Positions 8,178-16,981 of a stretch of 64,000 bases of DNA are shown piece after piece (position 1 is the stretch's first letter; each line of letters opens with the position of its first letter). The DNA comes from a virus. The position numbers and the translations under genes were made by a program. Below the pieces are notes generated by a model. That model searched no databases, was not told the origin of the DNA, and worked only from the letters and a program-made list of their open reading frames with translations. The stretch lies in IMG/VR virus record IMGVR_UViG_3300021960_000059, positions 4,193 to 68,192 of that record, one strand, 5' to 3'.

Positions 8178-8460
8178 TCATCACCTCATAGTTCATTTCT
8201 ACTGGAACGCTGACGGATTTCCCCCAACGATTCTTTTTTGTTACACATTTAAATCGACCGGGTATCCATCCTTCTGGTGGATCTGGTATATTCTTATCAA
8301 TTGCTGTGAGTTCGCGTGTAGTTGTACCAACAAAGATACGAGAGTCTTTCTTTCCTCGCATTGTGGCACGAACGCATGAATGGATTTGTCGATTGACATA
8401 ACGGTCAAACTTGTCTTCACCGTTTTCTCTGTAGAATACTTTAACTTCAAAATCACTCAT
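8101..8460 (-). CDS. Hypothetical protein
   Basis: ORF following tRNA-Trp, with a GAGAG leader before ATG at 8460. Confidence 0.55.
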   Translation of the reverse strand: MSDFEVKVFYRENGEDKFDRYVNRQIHSCVRATMRGKKDSRIFVGTTTRELTAIDKNIPDPPEGWIPGRFKCVTKKNRWGKSVSVPVEMNYEVMNEDQGRNGSNSGGSKRPVRSIGKAG

Positions 8461-8473
8461 AATGTCTCTCATG

Positions 8474-8547
8474 TGGCAGAGGCACAGGGATTTGAACCCC
8501 GACGAACGGTTTTGGAGACCGTCATGCTACCATTACACCATGCCTCT
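8474..8547 (-). tRNA. tRNA-Trp(CCA)
   Basis: Cloverleaf; anticodon arm ACGGT-CT-CCA-AA-ACCGT; GGTTCAAATCC T arm; encoded CCA. Confidence 0.95.
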
Positions 8548-8555
8548 AAAATAAA

Positions 8556-8732
8556 GTGCGGAACGGGTGGATTAGGGTAACCACCAATGGGGTACGATCT
8601 GAAGTACCTTTCTAAATAGACCCCATACGACCTGCATTCCCGCGAAGGACATGGGCGCTACCCCTTCGGTCTACCTTACCCCCCTTCAGCGAGAGGTATT
8701 CGGTCACGTTCCTATCGGTGTTGCAATCACCG
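8556..8732 (-). ncRNA. Multi-stem structured RNA within the tRNA cluster (manA-like candidate)
   Basis: Closing helix GGAACG/CGTTCC; stems GAAGG/CCTTC, GACC/GGTC, ATGGGG/CCCCAT, GGTAC/GTACC, GGTGG/CCACC; GC-rich and non-coding between two tRNAs. Confidence 0.65.
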
Positions 8733-8737
8733 AACTC

Positions 8738-8812
8738 TGGAGTGGATGATAGGAATCGAACCTACTTAAAACTGATTTGCAGTCAGTCACCTAACCATTC
8801 AGTCACATCCAC
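8738..8812 (-). tRNA. tRNA-Cys(GCA)
   Basis: ACTGA-CT-GCA-AA-TCAGT anticodon arm; GGTTCGATTCC; CCA end. Confidence 0.95.
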
Positions 8813-8818
8813 GAATTC

Positions 8819-8895
8819 TGGTCTCGTCGGCAGGATTCGAACCTGCGACCCTCTGCTTAGAAGGCAGATGTTCTATCCATCTGAACTACGACGAG
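8819..8895 (-). tRNA. tRNA-Arg(TCT)
   Basis: TCTGC-CT-TCT-AA-GCAGA; GGTTCGAATCC; CCA end. Confidence 0.95.
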
Positions 8896-8907
8896 GAAAA
8901 CACTTTG

Positions 8908-8980
8908 CTCGCGAGGTAGGACTTGAACCTACGACAACTTGATTAACAGTCAAGTGTTCTACCAACTGAACTACTCGCGA
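8908..8980 (-). tRNA. tRNA-Asn(GTT), no encoded CCA
   Basis: CTTGA-CT-GTT-AA-TCAAG; GGTTCAAGTCC; ends ...GCAAA. Confidence 0.9.
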
Positions 8981-9004
8981 GCAAAATGCTCTCTCAAAAC
9001 CACC

Positions 9005-9048
9005 GAGTGAGAGGAGGACTTATTTTGTCTGCCTCCTTTCTCTCACTC
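9005..9048 (-). other. Long leader hairpin of the tRNA-cluster transcript
   Basis: GAGTGAGAG..GGAGG..GAC / GTC-CTCCTCTCACTC inverted repeat directly after the promoter. Confidence 0.55.
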
Positions 9049-9057
9049 AGTACAGAC

Positions 9058-9087
9058 ATTATATAACAATATTTCGTCTGCTGTCAA
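9058..9087 (-). promoter_or_regulatory. Sigma70 promoter for the tRNA cluster
   Basis: TTGACA-18 bp-TATAAT. Confidence 0.75.
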
Positions 9088-9169
9088 TAACTATTTCAAA
9101 CTTTTTATTCTCAATAAAATCAAGCAGTTTTACATCATACTTAGGATATCCTTTAGGACAAGGAGTTAG

Positions 9170-9250
9170 GGTGGGGTGGGAACTTTGCGTTCCCATCTTG
9201 TCGGTGCGATAGAGGAGTATCTTGTTGAGAGAGGCATTCGCACCGCCCCG
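9170..9250 (-). ncRNA. Candidate small structured RNA
   Basis: GGGG/CCCC closing stem; CGGTGCGA/TCGCACCG stem with 28-nt loop; TGGGAAC-GCAAA-GTTCCCA hairpin; GC-rich intergenic segment. Strand is uncertain. Confidence 0.55.
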
Positions 9251-9269
9251 AAACTTCATATTACCACGT

Positions 9270-9731
9270 TTATAAAAACTTTGTCAACCCCTGATTCATA
9301 AAAATATCTTTTATTTTTTCGTGTTCTTCTCGTGTTTGTGACTCTAATCTTTTTTCTGGATTTAGAGTATCACCAACTAAAATAGTTCCACCACTCAATC
9401 TCTTTTTGCATAGGTCTACATTATCTCTCATAATGTCTACACCGTATATATCTGCCAGTGCTTCCTCTTCTGTCATGTTGTAGAAGTAAACCTTTATCCA
9501 CTTTACCGCAACAAGAAATTGACCGTCTCCACAAGCAGGGTCTAGAACTGTTTTTCCTTTGCAAAAAATATCTAGATCAGATTTTTTTAGCATATCTAAG
9601 ACTAACTCTGTTGGAGTAAATATTTCTGCTGTTGCCTTCACACGATATTCATCTCTTCCGATTTCTCCCATGTACTCATGGTCATTCATCTTCTGTTCGA
9701 TTTTATCCCAAATAACTTTCGACATAATCAA
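9270..9731 (-). CDS. N6-adenine DNA methyltransferase, SAM-binding half (motifs X, I-III)
   Basis: EIFTP, LDPACGDGQF, YGVDI, GDTL; lacks motif IV. Confidence 0.8.
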   Translation of the reverse strand: MIMSKVIWDKIEQKMNDHEYMGEIGRDEYRVKATAEIFTPTELVLDMLKKSDLDIFCKGKTVLDPACGDGQFLVAVKWIKVYFYNMTEEEALADIYGVDIMRDNVDLCKKRLSGGTILVGDTLNPEKRLESQTREEHEKIKDIFMNQGLTKFL

Positions 9732-10602
9732 TTTCTTTCCGAGTCAATTTAAACATACTAAACAAATCAGAGTCTGTCATTCTACCACAATTTAATATGT
9801 TTGGCAATGCCTTAAATACCTTTTCGTTGCCAAAACCTGACCATTTGGCAGTCTTGAGAATGTACTTAAACAATTTTAAATTTAAATTGTCGGCAAGGAT
9901 ATTACCAGAACTCTCGTTTGGGACCACGATATAATATGCCATATCTGTTCCACCATACACACCATCGTCATAGAATGGTTTAGTGTAACCACTGCGAGAC
10001 CACATTACCTTTTTCTCGTCTGCCCAATCTTGTCTGATACTTGAGTACCACACCTGAGAGTTTGTGTGAAAAATAGGGTAGATGTGTTTGTCTGTTTTTT
10101 CTTTGCTGATAACATCAGTACGATGAATTAAAACATTGTGGCAATTTACATAATCGTATCTTACATCAAGTTTGTCTTTTGTGTCAAATATAACTTTTTG
10201 ATGTATCGAATAAGATTCCTCACACATATCATTCGGCAAATAAAACGACGATTGATCTATCAGTTTGTCAAAGGTTCCATTGTCTGTCCCGATCTTAGTT
10301 TCGGTAGAATCCGACTGAGCATTGACAATCATGTAATCTGCAAAGGTGCTTCCAATATTGGGGAAGTATTTTTTAGTATCCAGATTTAAGAAACTCACCA
10401 CCTTGTCTTGGAATATTTTTAATATCTTGTTAGAAGGTGACAGAAAACTACTGGGAGAAACCTGAAGCAAAACACCATTTGGTTTTAACCACTCGTCAAA
10501 AGTTTTTTGTGTGAATGTGATCCACAACTTATGTTGAGTTTTTTTCCTGTTTAAAGAATCCTGAAAGGGGGGATTTGCAACGACAACATCAAATTTTATC
10601 AA
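9703..10602 (-). CDS. N6-adenine DNA methyltransferase, catalytic/TRD half (Eco57I/TaqI-like)
   Basis: Begins FDVVVANPPF (motif IV); no motif I. Confidence 0.8.
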   Translation of the reverse strand: MIKFDVVVANPPFQDSLNRKKTQHKLWITFTQKTFDEWLKPNGVLLQVSPSSFLSPSNKILKIFQDKVVSFLNLDTKKYFPNIGSTFADYMIVNAQSDSTETKIGTDNGTFDKLIDQSSFYLPNDMCEESYSIHQKVIFDTKDKLDVRYDYVNCHNVLIHRTDVISKEKTDKHIYPIFHTNSQVWYSSIRQDWADEKKVMWSRSGYTKPFYDDGVYGGTDMAYYIVVPNESSGNILADNLNLKLFKYILKTAKWSGFGNEKVFKALPNILNCGRMTDSDLFSMFKLTRKEIDYVESYLG

Positions 10603-11723
10603 CAGACATTTGCTCCCTTGAGGTTAAGGTATGTGTTGATTGACGTAGCAATCTCTTTAGACTTCTTTGGTCTGCGTTCACCATAGTGTAATTCGATACC
10701 TTCTTTTTTGTGGAACATAGTGCCTTCGTACTGACCAGTTTTAGGAAGATGCCATGCTCCATTTTTCTGCAATGTAAACGGAACATCAATGTTAATGATT
10801 TGCCCACCATCATCAGTAAGACTAAACAATATTGACTTCTTGTTCTTTATATATTCAACCTTGCATTGGTCTGAATTGACACGCTCTAATAGTTTGGCAT
10901 AGTCCTCATCAAACAAAGAACACAAATACCGATCTTTACTAATGAGTAAAAGTTCTTCGTCATAGTTGAGACCTGCCATTTTTAATACTCGCGGTTTGAT
11001 CAAATCGTTTGGCAACTTCGATAGTGCTTCTATCGTAACTTCGATTGCCTCTTCACTCAGGTTTTTACAATCGTCTTTCCATTGCGTATCGATGTTAGAC
11101 CATAATCGAGCATCTTCACTGTTTACATACCTTTGCTTCAGAATGTTCGACACATTTTCATAAGTGTTGTAAGCATCTTTTAGATAGGAAAGTCCCAACC
11201 TATCAAGAAGTTCATTTCGCTTTTCCTTATCACTTCCTTTAAACACATCGTTTGTGATTGGGTCTTTAAATGTCCCCACTCCAACAGACTGAAAAATAAA
11301 GTTGTTTAAAAATGAGACCCAAGTTCCAGAGCACAATTGAGGACGCTCATAACCGTTTTTGTAATTTTTTAGTGAGACCGAAATAATTCTGTCTTTAAAC
11401 TTGATAACAAAGTCGCCTTTCAGTTTTTGGTTTCTGAATTGCTTTTCTACATTTATGAAGTCAAACTTTTCGTTTGGGTATTTTTTCAGCAAACTACCAA
11501 AGAATTCTTTCACAACACTATCAATGTTCTTCTTATATGATGAGTTTGCAAAATCGTTTTCGATGTTTCTTTCACGACAGTAATCTTGGAAAATATCAAA
11601 TTTTTCTTGCACATCATCGGTTAAAGAACAACCACTCTCAACAGCAAGTTTCTGTAAAACATAAACAATATATGCTTCTGCGGCATCCTGAATGTAATGA
11701 TCTTTTGCACAACCCGCACTCAT
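10599..11723 (-). CDS. Putative type II restriction endonuclease (PD-(D/E)xK)
   Basis: KGDFVIK...ISVSLKNY motif; translationally coupled to the MTase genes. Confidence 0.55.
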   Translation of the reverse strand: MSAGCAKDHYIQDAAEAYIVYVLQKLAVESGCSLTDDVQEKFDIFQDYCRERNIENDFANSSYKKNIDSVVKEFFGSLLKKYPNEKFDFINVEKQFRNQKLKGDFVIKFKDRIISVSLKNYKNGYERPQLCSGTWVSFLNNFIFQSVGVGTFKDPITNDVFKGSDKEKRNELLDRLGLSYLKDAYNTYENVSNILKQRYVNSEDARLWSNIDTQWKDDCKNLSEEAIEVTIEALSKLPNDLIKPRVLKMAGLNYDEELLLISKDRYLCSLFDEDYAKLLERVNSDQCKVEYIKNKKSILFSLTDDGGQIINIDVPFTLQKNGAWHLPKTGQYEGTMFHKKEGIELHYGERRPKKSKEIATSINTYLNLKGANVC

Positions 11724-11766
11724 TTTCTAAAACTCCTTAATACATTCTCTCTCGATCAACTGTATT

Positions 11767-11796
11767 AGTTTAACACTACTCAGTGACTTCTGTCAA
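11767..11796 (-). promoter_or_regulatory. Sigma70-like early promoter
   Basis: TTGACA-18 bp-TAAACT followed by a GTTGATCGAGAGAG leader. Confidence 0.55.
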
Positions 11797-12210
11797 CCAT
11801 TTTTTGTAAAGAGTTTCTTGCATTCTATATCCCTGACGCTCCCAAGGTTGCTTACTGTATGGTGTGTCTGTGTAGTCTTTACCTTTCCACATCCGACGAC
11901 CATCTGCGTAATCTTTGCACAATCCTGTTGCCCACTGCCAAACATGAACCATCTCGTGCATGACGGTTTTAATCACATCTTCCAAGTTCTCGTACTCGTC
12001 AAACTTCTTGTGAAGATCAATCTTGAAGTTACGATTGTCGGTACTGTCGCACCAACCATAGACACCTTCACTTCGGAGTGTCTCACGCAACTCAATCTCA
12101 ATGTCGAGTGTTCTCATTCTTGGCATCAATTCTTTGATACACCAGTTAGTGATGCCTTCAACGAGTTTACGATTCTTTTTCGTACTGCCTGTCACAAGAA
12201 CAAAATTCAT
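11776..12210 (-). CDS. SprT-like zinc metallopeptidase
   Basis: HEMVH motif; QPWE C-terminal motif. Confidence 0.75.
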   Translation of the reverse strand: MNFVLVTGSTKKNRKLVEGITNWCIKELMPRMRTLDIEIELRETLRSEGVYGWCDSTDNRNFKIDLHKKFDEYENLEDVIKTVMHEMVHVWQWATGLCKDYADGRRMWKGKDYTDTPYSKQPWERQGYRMQETLYKKWLTEVTE

Positions 12211-12377
12211 TAACGAACCACCTTCGCAGTTGCTAAAATTTCACCTTTCACTTCACCTAACTTGCGAACCATTTTGATTGCTTTCATCATTGCTTCACGT
12301 TTGCTAGTGCCGAAAAGTCGAAAGGTTTCTTTGATACCCAAGTCTTTTGCATTTACTGTTACATCAAATAAAGTCAT
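12210..12377 (-). CDS. Small early hypothetical protein (55 aa), not in the ORF track
   Basis: MTLFDVTVNAKDLGIKETFRLFG...; GAGAGAG leader; stop overlaps next start. Confidence 0.65.
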   Translation of the reverse strand: MTLFDVTVNAKDLGIKETFRLFGTSKREAMMKAIKMVRKLGEVKGEILATAKVVR

Positions 12378-12405
12378 AATTTCTCTCTCATCAACTTACA
12401 TATAC

Positions 12406-12476
12406 ATAATACCACAAAGGGGTTGCAATGCAACCCCCTATTCATAATAAAATGCTCCTTTGATATCAAGCAGTTA
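12406..12476 (-). promoter_or_regulatory. Early promoter with palindrome and IHF-consensus site
   Basis: TTGCAT-16 bp-TATTAT; GGGGTTGCA-T-TGCAACCCC palindrome; TATCAAGCAGTTA at 12464-12476. Confidence 0.6.
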
Positions 12477-12570
12477 CCGACTTTTCCTCAAGTTGTTTCT
12501 CAAGTTCCGCAACTCTACGTTGCAGTTTGCGAACCATTTCTCGTAATGTATAAAAGTCTCTATCACTCAA
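12466..12570 (-). CDS. Small coiled-coil peptide (34 aa, TTG start)
   Basis: AAGGAG SD; MSDRDFYTLREMVRKLQRRVAELEKQLEEKSVTA. Confidence 0.45.
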   Translation of the reverse strand: MSDRDFYTLREMVRKLQRRVAELEKQLEEKSVTA

Positions 12571-12632
12571 TGTTAAGGTCTCCTTTATTGTTTTAAATTA
12601 TACCATGATGAACATCTCACTATCTTAGTAGA

Positions 12633-14051
12633 TTACATTTTGATCCCACTAAAATCCTTTCTCCCTGCTTTGCGTGTAGTCCACTGCATCGCATCGTCTT
12701 CGTTTGCTCGTTTGCCAAAAGTTGATTGATCGAATACAGGACCATTGTCTACAATATCTTCTTGTGCAGTTTGCTCGCAGTCAAATAGTCGCATCTTCGC
12801 TCGATCAACTCCAACTACGAACCTCTTATAAGTAGATGGATCGCCATAGCGATTTTTCAATTGTTTCACCATGATCTGTCCCAAGTCCTCCAACTCCTCA
12901 GACGCAATAAGTGCGATAAGGAAGTCGGCAGTGGCAGGGAGACCGAACGACTCACTTGTGTCGGTTAAATCAACATCTGAGTTACTATAACCAGAACGAG
13001 TTGTCTGAGTTGCAGACACCAACGGCACATTGAACTCCACTGCAAGTCCACGCAGTTCTTCTGCGATTGCCTTGACAAGAGTGTAAGAGTTGACTTGTGC
13101 ACCTGCTTTGACTCGCGATGAAATACAGATGTTGAGGTAATCGATGTAAATAATGTCTGGAACAAACGACCGCTTCAATCGCAACTCGTTGAGCAGATGT
13201 CGAAAGTGTCCAGAACCTGCACTTGCGGTAGGATACTCTTTGACAATAAGTTTACCACTTGTCTTGCCCCTTACCCTTTCAATCTTCTTGTCGTACATGT
13301 CCTTAGAGAGTGCCTCAAGGTCATCTAAAGTGACATTCAAAAGGTTAGCATCGATTCGTTGTGCTATGCGCTCCTCTGCCATCTCCATAGTAATGTACAA
13401 AACATTCTTACCATTCAATAGGTTAGCAGATGCCATGTGACACATCGCGAGTGATTTGCCGACACCAGTACCTGCGAGGATGATGTTTAGCGACTTCTTA
13501 GGCAATCCACCCTTTGTAATTTTATTTAGGTATTCAAGGTCAAATGGGACTCGTTCCTCAACACGATGGTAAAAATCATAACGAGTATCTGCATCATCAA
13601 GGAAGTCGTGTCCAATGTTTGGATCAAAGGATACACCCAACGCATCCGACAACAACTCAGGTATCGCACCCTTGTCGTTCTTCTTGTCGTTGCCATCAAG
13701 GATTGCAATCGAGTTCATGATTGCGTTGTAGATTGCTTTCTCTTGACACCACTTCTCAGTCGTGTCAGTCAACCATTGCTTGTCAACATCCTCACCATCA
13801 AGTGATGAGATAAGAGATGAGGAACTGCTGAACTCTTCATCAGACAGATCATCACGACTGTCCATCTCAAGTGTCAATGCTTCTTTGGTAGGAAGACTGT
13901 TATACTTATTGATGAACTTATCGATCTCTTGATATACAGTCTTCTCTAAACGATCATGGAAATACTCAGACTTTAGATAAGGAAGTGTGCGTCTCGCAAA
14001 GTCCTCATCATTCAGCAGATGCCTCAGTATCACCAGTTCCGTCTTCGCCAT
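12633..14051 (-). CDS. 41: Replicative DNA helicase gp41
   Basis: AGTGVGKS Walker A, YIDYLN, SESFGLPATAD, QLKNRY. Confidence 0.97.
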   Translation of the reverse strand: MAKTELVILRHLLNDEDFARRTLPYLKSEYFHDRLEKTVYQEIDKFINKYNSLPTKEALTLEMDSRDDLSDEEFSSSSSLISSLDGEDVDKQWLTDTTEKWCQEKAIYNAIMNSIAILDGNDKKNDKGAIPELLSDALGVSFDPNIGHDFLDDADTRYDFYHRVEERVPFDLEYLNKITKGGLPKKSLNIILAGTGVGKSLAMCHMASANLLNGKNVLYITMEMAEERIAQRIDANLLNVTLDDLEALSKDMYDKKIERVRGKTSGKLIVKEYPTASAGSGHFRHLLNELRLKRSFVPDIIYIDYLNICISSRVKAGAQVNSYTLVKAIAEELRGLAVEFNVPLVSATQTTRSGYSNSDVDLTDTSESFGLPATADFLIALIASEELEDLGQIMVKQLKNRYGDPSTYKRFVVGVDRAKMRLFDCEQTAQEDIVDNGPVFDQSTFGKRANEDDAMQWTTRKAGRKDFSGIKM

Positions 14052-14325
14052 TTTTTACACTCTCTAGTTGTTCTTCAATGATTTCGGTTAGAATATCACC
14101 TATTATAGTCTTAAACTCTTCTGTTGTCAAGTCAAGATCACTTGGGTTTTCTAGGGTAATTGTGTTAAATGAAAGAATAACATCTTCATTATTTTCACCT
14201 CCTTCAAAAGACACTGTATCATATTGATATATGATGCCTTCGTATGTCCCTTCCTCTAGTTTAACTGCCCAATGGTTATTATGAAAAGAATTATTGTGCT
14301 CAATTAGTTGATATTTCACTTGCAT
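14008..14325 (-). CDS. gp40-like head vertex assembly chaperone
   Basis: Position between uvsX and 41 as in T4; acidic protein of about 105 aa. Confidence 0.55.
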   Translation of the reverse strand: MQVKYQLIEHNNSFHNNHWAVKLEEGTYEGIIYQYDTVSFEGGENNEDVILSFNTITLENPSDLDLTTEEFKTIIGDILTEIIEEQLESVKNGEDGTGDTEASAE

Positions 14326-15355
14326 CTTCTTCTGCCTTATTTTCATCTACACCTATTTTACCATACAAAAACTCTTGTGCCGCGGCAACTTCCAATTGTG
14401 CCATAATATCGTCTGTGAAATAACTTTGCGGGTTTTCATTAATTGCTTTTGCAAACACCTTACGTCCGTCAGGCAATTCATATCGGGTAGATACTTTCTT
14501 TATAATGTCATATTTCTCAGCAAGATCAAGAAGACCGTAATAACGATCAAGACCGCTATCATAAGATAGTTTGACGAATACGTCTTTGTTTTCTTTTGTG
14601 AATCTCGATTTGTGCATACGTACTTTAATGAGGTTACCGATGACATCTGTGCCATCCTTGTCCTTCTTTTTTGTAAGCATACAGATAGATGATGCCGCAT
14701 ACTTGAGACCTGATCCACCAGAAATTTCTTTAGTTGGTACATACGCCCCCACCACATCGTAAACATGGTTAGTAACAAGCATCGGCACATTTGCCTTTGC
14801 CAACTTGAGAGAAAGAACTCTGAATGTGCCACGCAACAACTGTGCCTTAGTCATATCGCGTTTGTTTTCACCCTTTGCTGTATCTTCCAATTCTTTCTCT
14901 GACGAAAGCATACCCAAAGAGTCAAGTACCATCATCATTGGCGGTTGGTTCTTCTCTTCTAGATAATTATCTAACATACGCACTGCTTGAGTACGAAATT
15001 CCTCAATAGACTGCGGTTCAACAATTGCAACTCGTTTTGCGTCAATGCCTCGATCAGTCATCATCTTTTTTGTGACTGCGGCTTCGGTATCAAAGTAAAT
15101 AACACCTCCCTCTGGATGTTGCTCTAAGAATGTCTTGAGCACTCCCAGAACAAAGAAGGTCTTACCTGTTGCAGATTCACCTGCGAATGCGGTGATCTTA
15201 TTGTTAGGAACACCACCATACATCGAACCACTTAATACTGCATTCATAATGTATGAACCAGTGTCAATAGAACCAGAATACTCTGAACTATTTCCACCAT
15301 CTTCAAGGATGTTTGCGTTATCAAACCCCTTGACCAAATCATTTAAAAAATTCAC
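14300..15355 (-). CDS. uvsX: UvsX RecA-like recombinase
   Basis: AGESATGKT, YFDTE, LDSLG, GGSGLKY. Confidence 0.95.
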   Translation of the reverse strand: MNFLNDLVKGFDNANILEDGGNSSEYSGSIDTGSYIMNAVLSGSMYGGVPNNKITAFAGESATGKTFFVLGVLKTFLEQHPEGGVIYFDTEAAVTKKMMTDRGIDAKRVAIVEPQSIEEFRTQAVRMLDNYLEEKNQPPMMMVLDSLGMLSSEKELEDTAKGENKRDMTKAQLLRGTFRVLSLKLAKANVPMLVTNHVYDVVGAYVPTKEISGGSGLKYAASSICMLTKKKDKDGTDVIGNLIKVRMHKSRFTKENKDVFVKLSYDSGLDRYYGLLDLAEKYDIIKKVSTRYELPDGRKVFAKAINENPQSYFTDDIMAQLEVAAAQEFLYGKIGVDENKAEEDASEISTN

Positions 15356-15615
15356 GATGTATATACTCCATCTAACTTATCACGGAATTGTTCGATTTTT
15401 ACAAGTCTATCTTTGCCGTTCCATTTGATGTAATCTTTTTCTGGATTAGCTGCGAGATTATTCAGTAAAGGTAAAATCATGTTGTATAAAGTATCGCATT
15501 TTTCTTTGTATTTGTCAACCTCAGATGCTGTTGACTGTGCGGTGGACTTGACTTCTTTTACAATGTCAAGTTCGTTTTCATCCACCATAGTGAACCCAAA
15601 ATCAAAGTCACTCAT
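15352..15615 (-). CDS. Conserved hypothetical protein
   Basis: MSDFDFGFT... ORF coupled between gp43B and uvsX. Confidence 0.7.
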   Translation of the reverse strand: MSDFDFGFTMVDENELDIVKEVKSTAQSTASEVDKYKEKCDTLYNMILPLLNNLAANPEKDYIKWNGKDRLVKIEQFRDKLDGVYTS

Positions 15616-16718
15616 GTGAAAAAATCCTCCAATGTTGCTTTCTTTTCCGAACTCCAACCAATCGCACTGAGAATAGCACTGATGGGTTCAAGGAATGCTT
15701 TGTCAAACTGTGTGTCGTAGTCTATGTATTGATTCAGCCCGAACTCTTTCGGTAGGGAAGACATAATGCTAAGAACATTTTGCCGAATAGGATTTGGAGT
15801 TTTGAGATAACAAAACTTGATCTTTTCACCGTCTTTGATTGACTCATAACGTTTCTCCAACTTATGTTGCTTGAGCAAGTGATTGTAGAGTAGACTACCT
15901 CTTACATGAATCGGAGTGCTTTTCATAAACTCCAACTCATCCCCATTGGTTGTATATTTAGTGAGATCAGTCACTCCACGAGGGAATGCAACTTCCTCAA
16001 AGGGTAGAGTGCGAAACTTTTCTTTAAAGTCTGCGATGTATTTTTGTACAGTTGCCTCGTCAGAACTCATAATCAGTTTGACTGCACCCTTCAACGCATC
16101 ACGACAAGACTGTGGTGTTGATGATTTGACAATCTCCAATCCCATGACTTTAAGTTTAGGTTCAGTATATCGTACACCTTCGTTGTCATACACATTGAGT
16201 GCATAACGCTTCTTCGCAGTCCAGATGCCCTTGTCCGCAATTGCCTCACGTTTCATGAACATCTTCTGATCATATACATTCATCAGATCAGCAAGGTTTT
16301 GATAACTCTGATCAATAAACGGTTCAATCTTCTTTTGAGCAACATCGTCCAAGAATTTGACCACCCGGTCAGTATCAAGGTTTTGTACTCCGTCTCCCTT
16401 CGTAAACACTTGGTTAACCAATCGGTCAAAAGTGATGTATAGCGAATCTGTATCTGAAGCAATGACATAATCTTCACCCTCTGTCTTCAGTAGTTTATTA
16501 AGGTATTCATTCACTCGTGCTTCGATCCACCGAATGGACAACTGCCCACTCAGCGTAATCGACTCTGCCATTCGCACATCAAAGAAACGAAAGTATTGGT
16601 TACCCAACGCACCATAGGCAGAGTTCAACTGAACCTTCTTTGCGAGTTGCAGATTCTTGTACTTAGAGATGTCTTTCTCTAACTGCTTCTTGCGAGTAAG
16701 AAGTTCTTGTTTTGTCAA
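15612..16718 (-). CDS. 43: DNA polymerase B, C-terminal subunit (gp43B; fingers-palm-thumb)
   Basis: KVQLNSAYG, ASDTDS, KKRYALN; TTG start. Confidence 0.95.
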   Translation of the reverse strand: MTKQELLTRKKQLEKDISKYKNLQLAKKVQLNSAYGALGNQYFRFFDVRMAESITLSGQLSIRWIEARVNEYLNKLLKTEGEDYVIASDTDSLYITFDRLVNQVFTKGDGVQNLDTDRVVKFLDDVAQKKIEPFIDQSYQNLADLMNVYDQKMFMKREAIADKGIWTAKKRYALNVYDNEGVRYTEPKLKVMGLEIVKSSTPQSCRDALKGAVKLIMSSDEATVQKYIADFKEKFRTLPFEEVAFPRGVTDLTKYTTNGDELEFMKSTPIHVRGSLLYNHLLKQHKLEKRYESIKDGEKIKFCYLKTPNPIRQNVLSIMSSLPKEFGLNQYIDYDTQFDKAFLEPISAILSAIGWSSEKKATLEDFFT

Positions 16719-16981
16719 AGTACCAATCCACTCACTGCTGAACGGTATGCCTTTTCAATGTCATTGTTTACTGCTGTGACGAACACATACTGCTGAAATG
16801 TTACCGCATCCGGATTCATTTTCCCTGTTACGCAAATACCTGCCGCAAACCCCATACCTTGTTCATTCTGGATCAGCATCCGAGGATCATCTAAAATAAT
16901 GTTCCCATCTTTCAATGTTCGATACTTACCAACAAACTCGCCTGCAATCGTTACGACTGCTACTACGTCACCTTTTGTCAT
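16715..16981 (-). CDS. Small hypothetical (Sm-like beta protein) inserted between the polymerase halves
   Basis: 88 aa ORF with 4-nt overlaps at both ends. Confidence 0.7.
   Translation of the reverse strand: MTKGDVVAVVTIAGEFVGKYRTLKDGNIILDDPRMLIQNEQGMGFAAGICVTGKMNPDAVTFQQYVFVTAVNNDIEKAYRSAVSGLVL

Noticed and set aside
9059-9259. 66-aa ORF
   Set aside because: It overlaps a promoter, an IHF-like site and a strongly structured segment, and is better explained as non-coding.
16715-16981. Group I intron, intein or homing endonuclease in the polymerase
   Set aside because: The insert is fully occupied by an 88-aa ORF with no HNH, GIY-YIG or LAGLIDADG motif, and there is no room for a ribozyme core.
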